A stretch of DNA of 64,000 nt from positions 332,415 to 396,414 of the forward strand of contig NIVC01000976.1 in NCBI GenBank assembly GCA_002269645.1, written 5' to 3'. The notes beneath the pieces were generated by a model that worked only from the letters and a program-made list of their open reading frames with translations, did not search any database and was not told the origin of the DNA. The position numbers and the translations under genes were made by a program. Shown in pieces: positions 12,109 through 26,346 of the stretch; the first letter of the stretch is position 1, and each line of letters begins with the position of its first letter. Source of the DNA: Macrostomum lignano. Its lineage: Eukaryota.

Positions 12109-15100
12109 TGCTGCTGGCGCTGGCGTAGCCGCTGCCGGCGTCAGCTGAGGACACAGACCCGGGGGGAGAGGCGGTTGTACTTGATGCTACTGCCGATAGA
12201 ATCAGCTGTTGTTGTGTCGGTTGCTGCTGCTGCTGTTGTCTTTGGTGCTTCTGAGCATGCAGCTGCGGTCCACTAAGGCTTGCTAAACCAGTTGAATTAC
12301 ACCTGAAAGTTTTGATGTTCACTCTTGAACCTTTTTGGCGGAGGACGGAAAAGAGGACAATAAATCAGTTCATTGATTTACATGATCTACATGACCTGAA
12401 GCTGCAGTTGCACTGTTTGGCTCTTTTTGCGTCCCAATCTGAACTTCTATTTATTCTGAGCTGTCACTCTACCACAGCAGTCTTTGCTTGATCTGCCCCT
12501 TGCATATTCAGGGAGTGACTAAATGGGCGATGCAAATCTATTGAATGGGAAAGTAATGTGTTGCTATGGTAAAGCTGGGGCAATGAATTAAGACGTATAT
12601 CGTACCATGTGAGCTTAAATGAAATCTTCAGGGATTTGACTGGGAGCTGTGAATCGATTTGGTTCAAAGCAGGATTATTCGTTCGTACCGGGCAAGAAGC
12701 TGCTGATTCTGTTGCGAGGAGGCGCGCTGAGGCGGCAACGGTGGCGGCGGCGGCGGCGGCAGCGGCGGTGAGGGCAGCAGGTAGCAGCCGCCAGTTAGGT
12801 CGCTCATTTCCTCCTCATCTGTCAGCTGAGGTGGTGGCGGCGGAGGAACTGGGGAAGCGGCCGCAACAAGCGCTGGATGCCGTTGTCCGCAGTCCGCATC
12901 GTCGATTTCGTCGATGTCAGCCTTGTCTACGTCGTTACAGACGATTTCGTCTGTTTGAGGCAACTGAAATTGCTGCTGTTGCTGCTGTTGCTGCGGCTGC
13001 TGATTCAGCCGCTGTCGCTGACGATGCCGACGCTTTCCGCGCAGGCGGACAACCACGATGAAGGCAATGCAGGTTGCCAGGAGCAGGGCGCCTACGACTG
13101 CCGCGGTGACGGAGATCAGGATGATGTCTTCCTCTATGGAGATAAAACATTTGAGAAAAATTAATCAACAGCTGATTTTTTATGCTTTTCAAACTAGCCC
13201 AGGATAAATGGGAAGAGAAAGCGAGAGCTTTGAGTTCGGAATCAGAGTAAAAGGGAGACGAAGAGAAAAAGCCGAATAGCCAAGGCGGCAGAGACCAGAG
13301 ACACAGAGAGAATTTCGAATAGAGAACCACCGAGCAATGAACCGTCGGTCACCCAGAGCGGGCCCTGGACTGCATACGCTCAGCTCCCATTAGTAGCCAT
13401 CAGGCCCTCGTGGCTCCCTGCCCGATGCCGAGCTGGGAGGCGATTAGTCACTCGCCGGTCGGGATTAGCCGGCAGTGGCATTAAAAATTTACTTCAAAGC
13501 GGACCGGAGGGAGACAAATTAAAGTGAAAAGGAGAACCCGGGGAGGGGGGCAGGTAGATGCCTAGAACACCACTTTTAGCAACCCGGGCTCTTCCCTGTT
13601 CCCGTCCCGATCCTAGGGAGTAGTTGGGAGGAGAAACAGGAGAATTTCTTACGTTCGTATCTCTCCCCACTCTGCTCCCCTTGAGCAGCGAGGTCGATGG
13701 GGTCAGGTGGTGTTGCATTTTTAATTGAACACTACAGAATTACGATTCTCGAAAGGAAGAGGGTAAATGAAGATGAATAAGTGGAGTAAAGAGGTCCCTT
13801 GTCTAAAGTGTTCTGCTAGCACTGACGATTAAGTGCTACCTCATAATCTCTGACATGCATTTTCAGAGTTCTTCAGGTTTTACCTTAGGTAGGCTGCCCA
13901 CTGTAACTAAAGTGTAAGCTGTCAACTGTCGGCTGGAAAAAATAAAGATTTAACTTTTTTAATTGAATCACTACACAAATCACGTTGGTTATTGTCCTCC
14001 TGATCACCAAATTATTGTGATCGTGATTTTCGATAAAGGGAAAATTACGTGTTACCTGTCAACTGGGCTATATTTTCCTCACGTTTCCTCAATTGCTCTT
14101 CGGAAAATACTGCTTTGTGTGTTATAGACACTTTCCCCAGTAACCTGCGCTAAGTTTTACAATCAAGCTTAGCCTTAAAGCACTGGAGAACTGCGTGAGG
14201 CACAGTGAGTTACCAGTGCAAAGGGACGAGAGCAGTTGTGACGGAGTAAGTTGAGTTTTACAAGAGTGAAATGAAAAGACAAGGAATAGAAAGTCATTTG
14301 CGTAGGGGACTTCCAGAGCGATAAACTCTGGATGGAGAGCCCTGCCTTCAAGGGCTCACTGAGTTGTGAAATGCGATTCCTCACGGTTCAATCTCAAACT
14401 CCCTTTCCATCTTGTCCGTTTCTTTTTCTAGCGGTTTCCTTGAAACCGGGGACAATTCCATCTTGTCCGTTTCTCTTTCTAGCGGTTTCCTTGAAACCGG
14501 GGACAATTCCATCTTGTCCGTTTCTTTTTCTAGCGGTTTCCTTGAAACCGGGAACAATTCCATCTTGTCCGTTTCTCTTTCTAGCGGTTTCCTTGAAACC
14601 GGGGACAATTCCATCTTGTCCGTTTCTTTTTCTAGCGGTTTCCTTGAAACCGGGAACAATTCCATCTTGTCCGTTTCTCTTTCTAGCGGTTTCCTTGAAA
14701 CCGGGAACAATTCCATCTTGTCCGTTTCTTTTTCTAACGATTTCCTTGAAACCGGGAACAATTCGGCGCAAATTGGGATGTCTGGGAGTTGGATTCGGTC
14801 TAGATGGACTTGACCGCAAAGTCCAACTCAGATTCCTCTGAGTTGCAAAACTTTATTAGAATTGTGGAAATTCTGAGATTTCGATCGATATTTTCAACAG
14901 TTTTCCCGCTCTGACCAGTATTTCTTCTTACAGTAGAGGTCTCAAAGCTGGAAATTGTTCGCGGTAGTTGGCGTGGCAGCTCTGCTAATCGAATCCTCAA
15001 TTCAAGCGGACTTTCCCTATCGATAAAATATCCCCTTGGCGCCCTGGGACGGCTGGGGAGCTGCAGATTGCTCGTAATCGAAGCTGCACAGAAATTTTCT

Positions 15101-18100
15101 CTTGGACTCCCTGGCGTTGAAGGGGGACGCGAGTTCTCGGGGCGCCCGCAGTCAAACTGTCACCGAGATGCAAAGCAAGTCAAGAGTAGAGGCTGATGAG
15201 GAGTAACAGAGAGGCGTAATAAAATTCTATTGATCGTCAATGCTGAGGATGAGGTGCTCCGTTTTGCTGTCTAGAAGGCAATGAGTGCGAATAGTGGAAT
15301 CCAAAAGCCGGGAAAGAGTAGACTTTGTATCGGTTCCAGGTTAAATTCATAAATTCATTCAGTCTTTCTTCGACTAATTATTTGACACCAGGAAAACAGC
15401 CAGTGGTAAGCAGTCTGAACTGCTCACTGAGGAACGAAAATCTCTTGGACTCGACGATCCGATACGGAAATCTATGGTAACTACTTTAACAGTCCAAAGG
15501 GCCAAATCTTCATCCCTATTAAGAGGGAAAGCTTGACGGTCCCTTCTTACATCCCGAAATAAGCATTCCCAAGAGTTTTGCGGGAGGTTAGTTGGAGAAC
15601 GTAATCCCTAGGTCCGTCAGTAGCAAAAACAGGAGAGTGCATGACATCCTCGATTCGGAATTGGTCGTGACACTTCAATCTATGACTGGGCGCTTGTCCT
15701 CATCCTCTGCCTGCCCCATGTCATTTTCCCTGACTCCGAGGCTGTAACAAGCCCAGCGGAAGCCACTAAAGTGCTCGCGACAAAGGCCAGAAGGACGGCT
15801 TCTTGTGTCATTTCCGCGATCGCAGAATTAGATTCTACAACAGTTGGTCCGTGACTTGAAGCAATACAGTGATCGTGGGACTGGCCCGTGGGAATAACAT
15901 TGCGATCGACAAAATTCCGAATTCTCGAATATAGTTTCAACAAAGCATTTGTCGCACAGATTCCATTGTCTACCCGGATATTTCAGATACTAAGCGCTAG
16001 GAGTTTGAAGTCTGTGAAAAAATAGGATGGAAAAAATTGGCGATCATCTCGAAAACCCGAAGGCCTAGCAAATGCTACGTTTGTTCCCTTTAGAAAAATT
16101 TGCCTAGATTGAATGAATTGAGCCAGGAAACTTAAGATATCTACTGTTGACCATTGGAAACACTGTCCACATCGCCGAATGTCCTTTAAACTTTATTATT
16201 CATACATAGGGCAGTTTGGTCTGGTCACAGACAATTGTAATATACGAACTTTTTTTTTAATGTCAAACGTCAAATATTAAAATGTGAAAATTATGATATT
16301 TTGTAAGATGTCAACTGCTATCACACAGCATGTGGGAGTTAGAAAGTGAGAAAGCTCTAGCAAAATAAACTACTTCCTACTTGTATCATCCTACATGGTA
16401 CATGGTATCCTACATCCTACATGCATCCAACTTGTTTCCAAACCAAAGCCTATCTATAAGCGGACACTCACTCTCGTTGCCAGCATTGGGTCCTTGTTCC
16501 TTTCCGCGTCGCAGCTGAGACTCTTGCCCAGCTTCAGCCTCGTCGCCTGCCGCAGCTGCAGCCGCCGCAGCTGCTGACAGCTGCTGACGACCTCCACCCT
16601 GGTCGTTTTGTGCAACATCGGCGCCACCATTTTTGGGCGAAAAAGTATCTTTAGCTGTCACTGAACCTTGGTTCTGGTTCTGACTGACCTTATTTGACCT
16701 TTGTTGCACAGTGCTCACTGTTTGCGGACTGTTGGCGTAGTAATGCAGCGGAACTGAAAATGCACAAGCTTAGTATTTTAAGTAAATGCGAATAGGTCCC
16801 GCATACACATGATGCTCATGGATGCTAGCGCGATCAAAAAGTCACTATGCATATACAATTACGTAATTAAGGCTTAAAAAACACAGCTCATTTTCACAAG
16901 ACATTCAGGTCACCGATCCTCACCGCAAGCAAAAATAACTAGCAGATGATGCGGCGCGCAGCTGTGCCCGCTGCTGTGCGGCCCGGGCTCCAGCTCGCAG
17001 CTTGCCGCAGCTCCGGCCTCACCAGGCGGGTTGCAGCGCCGCCGCACAGCGTCCGTGACGTTGGCCTCGCGACAGGCCTGGCGCCCGTCTCGACGCGACT
17101 TCACCGTGTCTTCGCAGACTGCGCCGCCTTGCGGGAACTGGAAGCGACTGGTCTGCCTGGCGTACACGACTTCCAGACGGCGCACCCCGGCCGGGCCGCA
17201 CTCCATCACCCGGCGGGTTCCGGCGCAGATCAGCAGGTACTGCAGCTCTGCGATGGGCAGGTTGAAGTGTCTTGCTTTTAGACAGGTGAATTTCTCAGTT
17301 AAGGACACTAACTAGAGACCTAACTTTTACAAAAGACTTCATTGTACCTTTTTATAGTCTCCAAGGGCTATGATTTCGTCCTATAGGATTAACTTTTCGC
17401 TCAAATCAAACCTCTGCAGGATGCCGATAGCAGACTGTCGTCTCACATGAAAAAAACTAACCATGTAAGCAAGATTCACCAAAGAGCAAGCAGGACCCCA
17501 AAAAGCTAATAATTAACCAACTCAGACTCGTTTTCTGTAGTTTGTATATGTAAATTGATGTTGTTGCAAGACTGCAATGTATATAGCTTTTCCGGATAAA
17601 ATTTAGCCTACTAAAATAGAGAGACAGTCCGGCGCACTTCTACGTCAATTTTTTAACGCCATCCATCACATCGACTGACGCAAAAGTTAGAAGCAAAAAC
17701 CCTAACTCTAATGCACTTTTAACTTCCGCAGCCAAAAATTTGCAAATTTACAAACAGCATCCGTTTGCCCCACTGATCAACTGAGCAATTGCTCTTCAGT
17801 ATGATAAGCAGCATTGGCTGGGATTGTTGATGAAGCGATGAACAGACACTGATGACGAGGATGAGTCAAGAGGCTTTGACGCGCAAGAGTGAGAGATCGT
17901 GCGGGCGGAGGGGAAGAGATGAAGAGCTCTTAACATGCTTCCAGCCTGTGCCCTGAGCTAACATTAAAGCCTTTGGCTGCCGCCTCACAATGATTCTGCA
18001 AGCTGATGAAGCACTGGATTAGCCAGCAAATGAAGCTGCAAACTTATTATAGGAATTAATGTGCTACTAAAGAATTAGGATGCCCACTTGCGTGACAGAA

Positions 18101-18502
18101 ATGTTAAGAGAGCAAACTGAGCTTTGAGGAAAGGAGGGTTATTGACTGGGTATAGCTGATTGATGATTCAAAATTGAAGTCAATTGGCTATGCTACCCAC
18201 ATGACTGCATCAGTGCAAGCTGCTAGCACTCACTGGGTCGGCAGAAGTATGCTGCAGACAGCGCCAGATTCTGCGGCACCTGACAAGAGCTGCCTGTCGC
18301 GCTTGAATTCCTGTCCTGGATGTACAACCGCGGGTCGGAGTCCACGGTGCAGTTGAACTGCCTCTGGCTGGCTTCGACTGTCGCTGATGAGCATCGAGAT
18401 TGCAGGACCTGAGAATCACGGTTGGGGCTCGGACAATGAGACAGACAGACAGAGAGACAGACAGACAACAGACAGACAGACAACAGACAGACAGGCAGAC
18501 AG

Positions 18503-18576
<74 letters not shown>

Positions 18577-21335
18577 GGACAGACAGAAAGACAGACAGAC
18601 AGACAGATAGACAGACATTAAGACAGACACTAAGACAAACAGACAGACACTGGGACAGACAGACAGACAGACACTAAGACACTAAGACAGACAGGCAGAC
18701 AGGCAGACAGACAGACAGACAGACAGATACCCTCACGAAAAATGTTAGTTATTTTTTGCAATATTGTTGCTATATTTTTTCAATTATGCATATTTATACG
18801 ATATTTATATTTATGAATTATAGTCAACATATTTCCGTGTTTTTACGATTGTAAAAATAAGTGCAAAGATTTGCAAGTCAAAATATGAATACATAGATGA
18901 AGAGAGTTCTGTGCAATGCAGTCATCCGAAAGGATTTTCGGGCTCAGCTGGGTCTAGAATTCATCCCTACTGATTGCTCTGTTGATCCCAGTTTCTCCAG
19001 CATAGTAAGGACACTCCTAAATCATGGCCACGCCGGGCCCAGCACCCATAATCAACACACTGACGATCCGCGTGAGCTGCATCTCGAGCTCAGTTCGTCA
19101 GCGCGCACCCACCGGTTGTCAGAGCGGGTTTGTCTTGGCCGACCAGTGCCATTAGTTATGCGGCTTCAACTGCGGCAGATGGGATGGGGAGGGGGAAATG
19201 ATAGGCCAAATCGAAGGTCCAAAGGAAATCCTGACAGCGGAGCCTGTCAGAACAAATGAGGATTTCTGTATGGTGCACTTCTAGAGAGTTTCTCCAGGCG
19301 ACTCACTGAAAGATTGGCAATTCTATCGCAGGTGCGATGCGTGAAAGTTAATAAAGTGGCCGGCTGACGGAACCTGTTCCCGCCTCCATCAGGACGGATG
19401 CCGAATCCCCGGGATTTCGGCAGCTGATTTTTCCTCCCACCAGGAAATGATTGTTTGCATTTGGGACCAGCGACCTCCCCTTGCAAAGAGAGGGCGGAGC
19501 AAGAAAGAGAGAAAACAGAGACGAAGGCAGCCCATGGGCCAGGGGCCAAGGGAAAGAGCAACACCAGACTCTGGCGCTGCTGCTGGAGAGGCTGCAGAAC
19601 TGAAGGCTTTTGTATGGTCTGCGTGTCCCTCCGCATCCCTCGCCGGGCCCTCTGGGCGTGAAAACCGACTACGTTTTATATGCCGCTCGCTGTTTCGTAA
19701 TATTTGCATTGCAAGACTGACTGTGCAGCGCAGCTTATTGACCGCCTTCCCCAAATACTCTTCTCGATAGCTGAAAGTCCGCTCCGCTCTAACGCGGGCA
19801 GCCGCCTCGGCCTCACGCTCGCAACTCTCGATCGCCTAGATCCGTTGCTTTTAGCAAAGAAATTCTCAGCAAACCAACGGTTCTGGGCTCTGGTTAAGCG
19901 CTACTGCTATGATGGTCAGTATCGGTTGCAGTTATCTGTGTGAGGGATTTACCTTCCTCTCACCGGAGGACATCCACACAGCAGAAGACTTGATCCTTTC
20001 GAGCCCTCTCTGTCAGATTCCTGTTCATGCAGTCACATTTGTTGGGCTTGACGGAGGCAGACAAGTTTTTTTAAACATGAAGCACAAACCGCTAAGCTTT
20101 TTGATCTTCCATACTTTTTGCGCTTCGTTGCTTCGTTTGTAGAAGGGTCCAGGCTACACTTAACGTGGCAGACATTCAGGCATTGCAAAAACACACGCCA
20201 TTCCTACTGAACGAAAACAAATAAGCCTTATTTGTTCCTACCGTCAGGGGGTTTCCAAGAGGGCACTCGTTGCCATCTCTTCGACCGCCTCCAAGTCCGC
20301 CTCCGCCCCCTTCAACGTGGCACCGCAGATCCGCGTCCAAAAATTCAGCCCTATGGAAGCTGGGGCTGCCGCTTTCGGGGCAAACAACGGCAGCGGTAAC
20401 GCCAGGGCAGATCAGGTGACGGCGGAGCGCCAGGTGCGATCTGGCAAACTGATCTGAAAACAGGTGGTTGCGTTTGTGTTCGAAAATTTTCATCAGCAAT
20501 GGGATTGAAATTTAACAATAAAGTATACGCCTACTGCGTTCAGGATGCAGAGCTCTCTTTACTACTAGTCTGTGGGGGGGGGCAAGACACTGTTTCAAAG
20601 ACCTTAAGAAAGACCCACGACTGCTTCACCCCTTTACCTGGCCACTTCAACACTTTTCTTCCATTGTTGTGGTGGTGTCAAGTTCAACGATCCATGAAAA
20701 AGTGTGGAAGATAGAAAGAAGTGAGGTGCTCTTAATGCTGTAGTCAAATAAACAATTGAAATTTCCACTGCTCCATCGATGCATGCAGCTGAACCGAAAA
20801 TCGCGTTGTGTTTCACACTGCAGAGCTCATGACTCATCGCTCAGACTAGCCTTCCCCAACTTCTGGCACTTACTGTTTTTTATACGAACATGTTTAAGCA
20901 ACTCTCTGATCAAGTCTATACCTGTGCTTGCCTCCTTAAGTATATTTTCTTATGCTCCTTATTCTGGAGCTTTGAGCCGGGGGCTTCTTGTGTTCCTTGA
21001 ATAAAATGTGGGGGCGCTGATGCTCCCTGCATATAAAACATGATAAACTGCTTCATATTTATTTAAATAAATCATAAATAAAGCTCCCCAACCTGCTTTG
21101 ATTCCGTTTTCGGTGCGCGCTCGTAAATGCCTTTCGTTAAATTTGAGTTGGGCTTCAGTTTTTTTGATGCTACATTTTTTCTGAAATTATCTGTGCATGA
21201 CCCGGGCACACCTCTCACTTTCTGTCGGCGGCGCCGATCTCCACGGAAATAATCCAATCAAGCCGACAATTTTCTCTTACTTTGCCAGATTAGAGCGAGC
21301 ACCAAAGCCGCCAAGGAAGTGAAACCAGTTCGAAA
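11876..21335 (-). CDS. EVA-1-like type I membrane protein: signal peptide, two SUEL/Gal-lectin-like 8-Cys domains, linker, TM, low-complexity tail ending in PDZ-type VSYV; exons 21335-21281, 20453-20242, 18408-18234, 17274-16924, 16753-16472, 13133-12689, 12302-11876 (start-codon exon not located)
   Basis: All six introns are GT-AG and phase-compatible (1,0,1,1,1,2), giving 648 codons plus stop. Each ectodomain module has 8 Cys in SUEL-like spacing (ICxG..C..YAR..C..C..VxxRC..C..C..LxxxY/FxC). TM is IILISVTAAVVGALLLATCIAFIVVV, followed by RLRGKRR. Confidence 0.75.
14405..14763. repeat. 51-bp minisatellite, 7 copies (ATTCCATCTTGTCCGTTTCTYTTTCTAGCGGTTTCCTTGAAACCGGGRACA), intronic
   Basis: Direct periodicity; produces 17-aa repeat pseudo-ORFs in several frames. 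Confidence 0.97.
18440..18728. repeat. (GACA)n compound microsatellite with GACACTAA units
   Basis: Reverse complement of the pattern at 1338-1684; lies just 5' of the 18408 splice acceptor on the minus strand. Confidence 0.97.
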
Positions 21336-24300
21336 CTGGGCAGAAAGGAGCGAGTAGAATACCAAATCTGAGACTTGTCTACGATCCACCCTCCAAATTC
21401 ACTCTGGGAGACACTCCGATATCTAACTGGGAAAATAGCTCTCATGCTGCCAAATAAGATCTTCGCTTCAATTCCTGTCTGCCCTGGCACTGCTCGGCCA
21501 CGTCTCCCTCTCTCTCTCTATATTTTTTTTGTTTTTTGCCTATCACACAACTGACCCTGCAGGGGGGTAGGTCACTTGCTCCGAACGATTGAGCTGAGAC
21601 TGGAGCTGGAAAATAAGGATTTCTCTATCTGAGCATGGGGCTGCGTCAGCCTGCCCGCGGCCATGATACTCGGGGAGAATCGCTGATTAAAATCGATCCT
21701 ATCAAAGCGGCTGCGGTCGTCCCCGCGGCCTGTCGAGCCCCGGAGGCTGCGCCGATGAGGGCAGAGTGGAATTGGTAGATTCTAGTCGGAATTATGACGA
21801 CTGTCTGTCGTCTTACAGACCTGCCGCGTTTCTGATTGGCTGCTAGAGTCAATTTTTATTCCGGATCAATTTAATGGCCGCTTCGTTGCCGTCAAGGTGG
21901 CTCTGGTGTTTTGAATTCCATTGACACGAACTCGATTTTAGGACTGTTTCTTGAAATTTTGCAGCTTGTGTAGCAAATAATGATGAATAACATGAGTGGG
22001 GGTGTCGGGTCGCCTGTGTGTTGAGAGATATTTACGATAAGTACGGTTACTTTTCGCAGGAACTGCACAAAGGCGTTTTACACTCTCGGTACATTCATAT
22101 GAAAGCTGGAAACTCAATTCGAAATTTAGAGCTTATAAAGGTTCGACCCTTTGAAGAGTGCAGTCTTCGGCGATGTGAAATGTCGAGCTTGTGAAAGAGA
22201 CCCGGTACAGCTGGCAGTTGCGAATGCACGGCAGTTTACCGATTTGAATTGCATGACGTGTGCGTAATTTTTTCGCCGCTTTATTCTTTAGTTGTGATTG
22301 GATGAGTCATAAAAGCCTATGAATACAATGTCTTAGATGCAATTACACAAGGCCCATTCAACATTCCGACGTACGGCGACGTATCCGACTTACCTGACGT
22401 CGGTGGACGTCAACTGGCAAAAATGATTTTTACCCAAAACTAACCATTTTCCAGCATCGTCGATAGACGTCGCAAACGTCGTCGCAAACATCCATCCATC
22501 GACTTGTCTTCCTAATTGCACAGGTTATCACAATAGCAGAGGCTAGAAACAGGACGTTCGGGGAAATTAAATACTCTGAGACTTTTTAGTGCTTAATAAT
22601 ACATTTAAGAGCCTGCGCGCTGGTTCCTGTGCGGACGACTTTTGCGCCCTCTAAATTATCATCCCATTTCTTATTTAATTGCGTTTCAGTCCACATCGAC
22701 AGACCTCCATAGATGTTTCAGTAATTAATATAAATTAGATGCCTCAGATGTGTCTGTCTACTTGGCAAAGAAACTGTATTGAATCTTTCCAAATGTCAGA
22801 CGGCAATGCCCCTCAAAAATGACTCACGCCCTTGAAATCAGGGCCCGGTAACCGGAGCCTTCGAGCCTGGCGCATAAAGGTGTCTCGTCATGTGAAACAT
22901 CAAACTGCCAATCATAATTATCTCCCTGACCCGACCAGCAAGCGGCCTGCTACTCGGGCAACACCTATCTGGGCGTGAAGCTGTCAATTTTATCCGGGCA
23001 AAGAGCCCCTCGGACGCCAAATTGCGATGCCTGGCCTTTTTCCGGTTCCTTTTAATCAGCCGCGCTAGAGAGAAAAAGAAATTGATGAGCTGAGTGAGCC
23101 GTCTGTCCCCTGTTCTTTTGAGTTCAATGGCTTCCGACACCCGGTTAGAGAGACCAAATTTGTGGAGACCAAGTAGAATTGGCACCCTGTATGCGTCAGA
23201 TATCCAAATTTATCTTAAACTTTGCTTCATCTATAAGCAAGATCATTATCGGATCGGCCCCATTCCTTCAAGAATTAAGTTCCGCTATTTTACCAATCCA
23301 TCGTTAATTGCCCGCACATGCTGTCCAACCAACTCCGGGAGCCGTTCGGCTGTCACCGTTCCCCAACTTAGCCGGCCGTCATTATTTTCACACACGCTAC
23401 GAGTATATTGACCAGCGGGTTGCCTCATCAGCCCAGAATTCAAGTCGGAACGCCACCCCCCTCCCAGATTCCAGCCGTGACGGCGGCTGCGCTGTTCCCC
23501 AACTGTTTATTCTATAAACAAGACCGCCGGCTCGTAAATCCTCTTCCAGACTTGAACCGCGCTTCTTACTTTCTTCTCTCTTTTCTTTATTACCCCCGGT
23601 AACTTCGTGGTTTACTATTTTTTTCTGTCAGATTTTAAATTTGACAGTCTGCGTCAACGCGATGATGGGAAAATTTGAGGAAGGAAGAATGCAGAGCCGT
23701 GAGGCAAGGACGGTAGACTAACGTGAAGCGGTCGGGAAAATTTCTCGGGGTCATGCGCCTCAGAGCGAGCTACCTGATACACAATGAAATTTCAATCTCA
23801 GCTGATTTCTTTTCAGCAGCCAGCGGCCTCGCCACTGCCGAGAAGACTTTCGGCCAAACGATAGTTGACTCTGCGATACAGTCGCAATCTTTGTCCTTAG
23901 AATTGACCTCAAATCAAAACGCAACTTTTGATCACACGAAAAAGCACTATGAGGTCTGCGAACAGGCCTTCAGTCACGCACCTTGAGCGGGTTTGGAAAG
24001 TCCCGAGGCGATCATTTCGGTCGGAAGGGCAGAATGCAGGAAACAGCGCGCGAGATGCGGCGAGTAAAAGAGAAGTCACAAGGCTTGGCTTCCGAAAACT
24101 AGAATTAGAAAGAGTTACACTGAAAGAAAAGTAAGTTTCCTGACAATTCAGTCAAGTCAAGAAGAGAAAATCCTGTGAACCATACGCGCTGAATTGAAAT
24201 GATAGAGGGAATAACTTTGGGCTTGCGATCTTACGAGTAAATGAGGTCGCTTAATATTACAATCTTAAGTATCAATCCTAATTTCCATAAAAGACTGGTC

Positions 24301-26346
24301 AACCTTGACAAACTCACCTTCCATAGCCAACTGGCTGACTCGATCAATGGTAATCTTGGTCGGTCTCCGGTAACTCGTGCAGCTCGGGCCATAGACGGCC
24401 AGCTGCGCGGCAACCATGAACAGCAGTGCCGACCGCATTTCCCTCTTGCTTCAAGTCTCCAAATCTTGTCAGAAGTGAAAGATCTGCACCGAATTTTTAT
24501 TACTATAAAACAATTCAGTTTCCAAGGCTAAACTTTCACCCGCTTGGCACCAGAAAGCATGCCAATCGCCTCGGGTGGAGCCGTGCAGCCGTCTACAGCA
24601 GTGGGTGTAGGAGCACGGACTGTCGACTTAGCGAGTTGGCAATATCAGATAGGTTCAGATATTGATTGTCTGATTCTGTATTGTTCACTCGGTCCACGCA
24701 GTAGTAGCGACTAAGTGCTTTACCATTTGGTCTCAGTGAGTATAATTTGCTTTCCTCTCTCTCCAATATAGCGGATTCGCTGGAGTGCTCAGAGCCTCGC
24801 AGAGCAGTTGCAGTAGTTCAGACAGGGGCTGTTTAAAATTGAAGGCAAGCGCAGGGAAAAGGCATGCTCGTGCTACTGTTGTAGTAAATAGTTAAGGGGT
24901 GGGCCTTTTAAAGTCTGAGGAGTAAAGGCAGAGCCACTGGGCCAATCAGCAGCGCTGTAGACTGCCCACCGCGGTTCCACTGCATGAATTTCGCCCTGAG
25001 AAGCTCATGCCAAGGGAGCACGAATGAAACGGGAGAAGCGCCCCTCCAGGCAGTCTTCCAAGGCAATCCGAACTCGCCGGCAACCCGCCAATCTGCTCAC
25101 AAACTGTGTGGCTGCCAATACCCTTGGGCCGTTCACTCCAGTGCATTTCCTTGGCTGGTTTCTGCAATTTACTACAAACAAGGGCTGAGACCGATCCAGT
25201 TCACAACTGCCACTCGTTTGCAGTTCTGCCACCGCTTTGTGCTCAGCTGGTTGATTGACACGCAGATAGAAAGAGGCCAGTGCACTCTGCAGCATCACTA
25301 ATTCGAGCTTAGTGTAACATTCGGTGATATGGTTCAGTATTTGCTGAAACCATCTGGAAAATGGCCACTCGACACTGATATGCGAAGCTAAAAATTCAAC
25401 TCGAAGCCATAGCTTGAAAATTAAATCTATTGAATTGAAATGAAGTTAAATTTTCTTTGCGTCCAATACATTCTTTGCAGGGGTAGCTGTTTTTCTTACA
25501 GTATCAGCACCACTAACAGGTTCACTGCCATGACTGGACAAAGTTTCCAATTCCATCATCCTCCTTCTCTGTGATCATTTGTGAGTCACTGGTATCCTCA
25601 ATAACGTAAGTTATGGAATACGATTTGCCCTTTAAAGATTTCTCATTCGCATTCGGGTTTCTAGCCTAAATTACGTACCCTTAAATGAACTACTCGTATT
25701 ATAGCTTAAAGAGCACTTCGAGATATTCAATAGAAAGCCCCAGGCCGTGACACCTCACCTTTCTTCTTCAGTTTAGACTCGTATTGCATTCAAGGACACC
25801 AAGACTGCACTTGATTCAACCATACGGGCGTAATCCTGAATTATTACTTGACAGATTTGTAGCGAATTTGTTCACCAACAGTGTGTTTCTAGCTCTTTTG
25901 AGTGAATGAAAATCTAATTTTATTCTAAAAAGCTACAGACTTTACTGGCAGTAGAGCAAAAAGACAATTTTTAATATATAGAGCTAAAGTGAAAAGTTGA
26001 TTTCAATGATTTAATGCATTTTAGCAGATTTTGAATCTTATTGGCAACGAAGAATCGTAATGTTGAATCGGCTTTCATAATTTTAAAACGAATGAAAAGT
26101 ACAAAAATTATTGATTCATGTAGGCAATTTGATGGAGGAATATTGACAATTGTACTGCTATAACGCGATATGGCGAATTCCATACAAAATTTGGGATTGC
26201 TTTCGGTACTTTATGAATACCGAACAGAACTGCATGGGTTTCTTTTTGTCGTGAACAATGGCTAACTGGCTGCGATGTAGCCTTTACTGGCGCACCTGGC
26301 AGAGAGGCAAAACAGCTTCCAGCGTGAATCTTGCCAGCTAAAAATA

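Noticed and set aside
5268-14763. 40-bp and 51-bp arrays as CRISPR-like repeats
   Set aside because: No unique spacers, no cas genes and a eukaryotic context; ordinary minisatellites. The same applies to the 22/23-bp arrays.
14800-15950. Possible decayed transposon coding region in the EVA-1-like intron
   Set aside because: Patchy open frames with many stops and no identifiable motif.
21500-25300. Start-codon exon of the EVA-1-like gene
   Set aside because: Several donor-like sites exist (e.g. near 22825), but none gives an ATG-initiated phase-0 exon; left unassigned.
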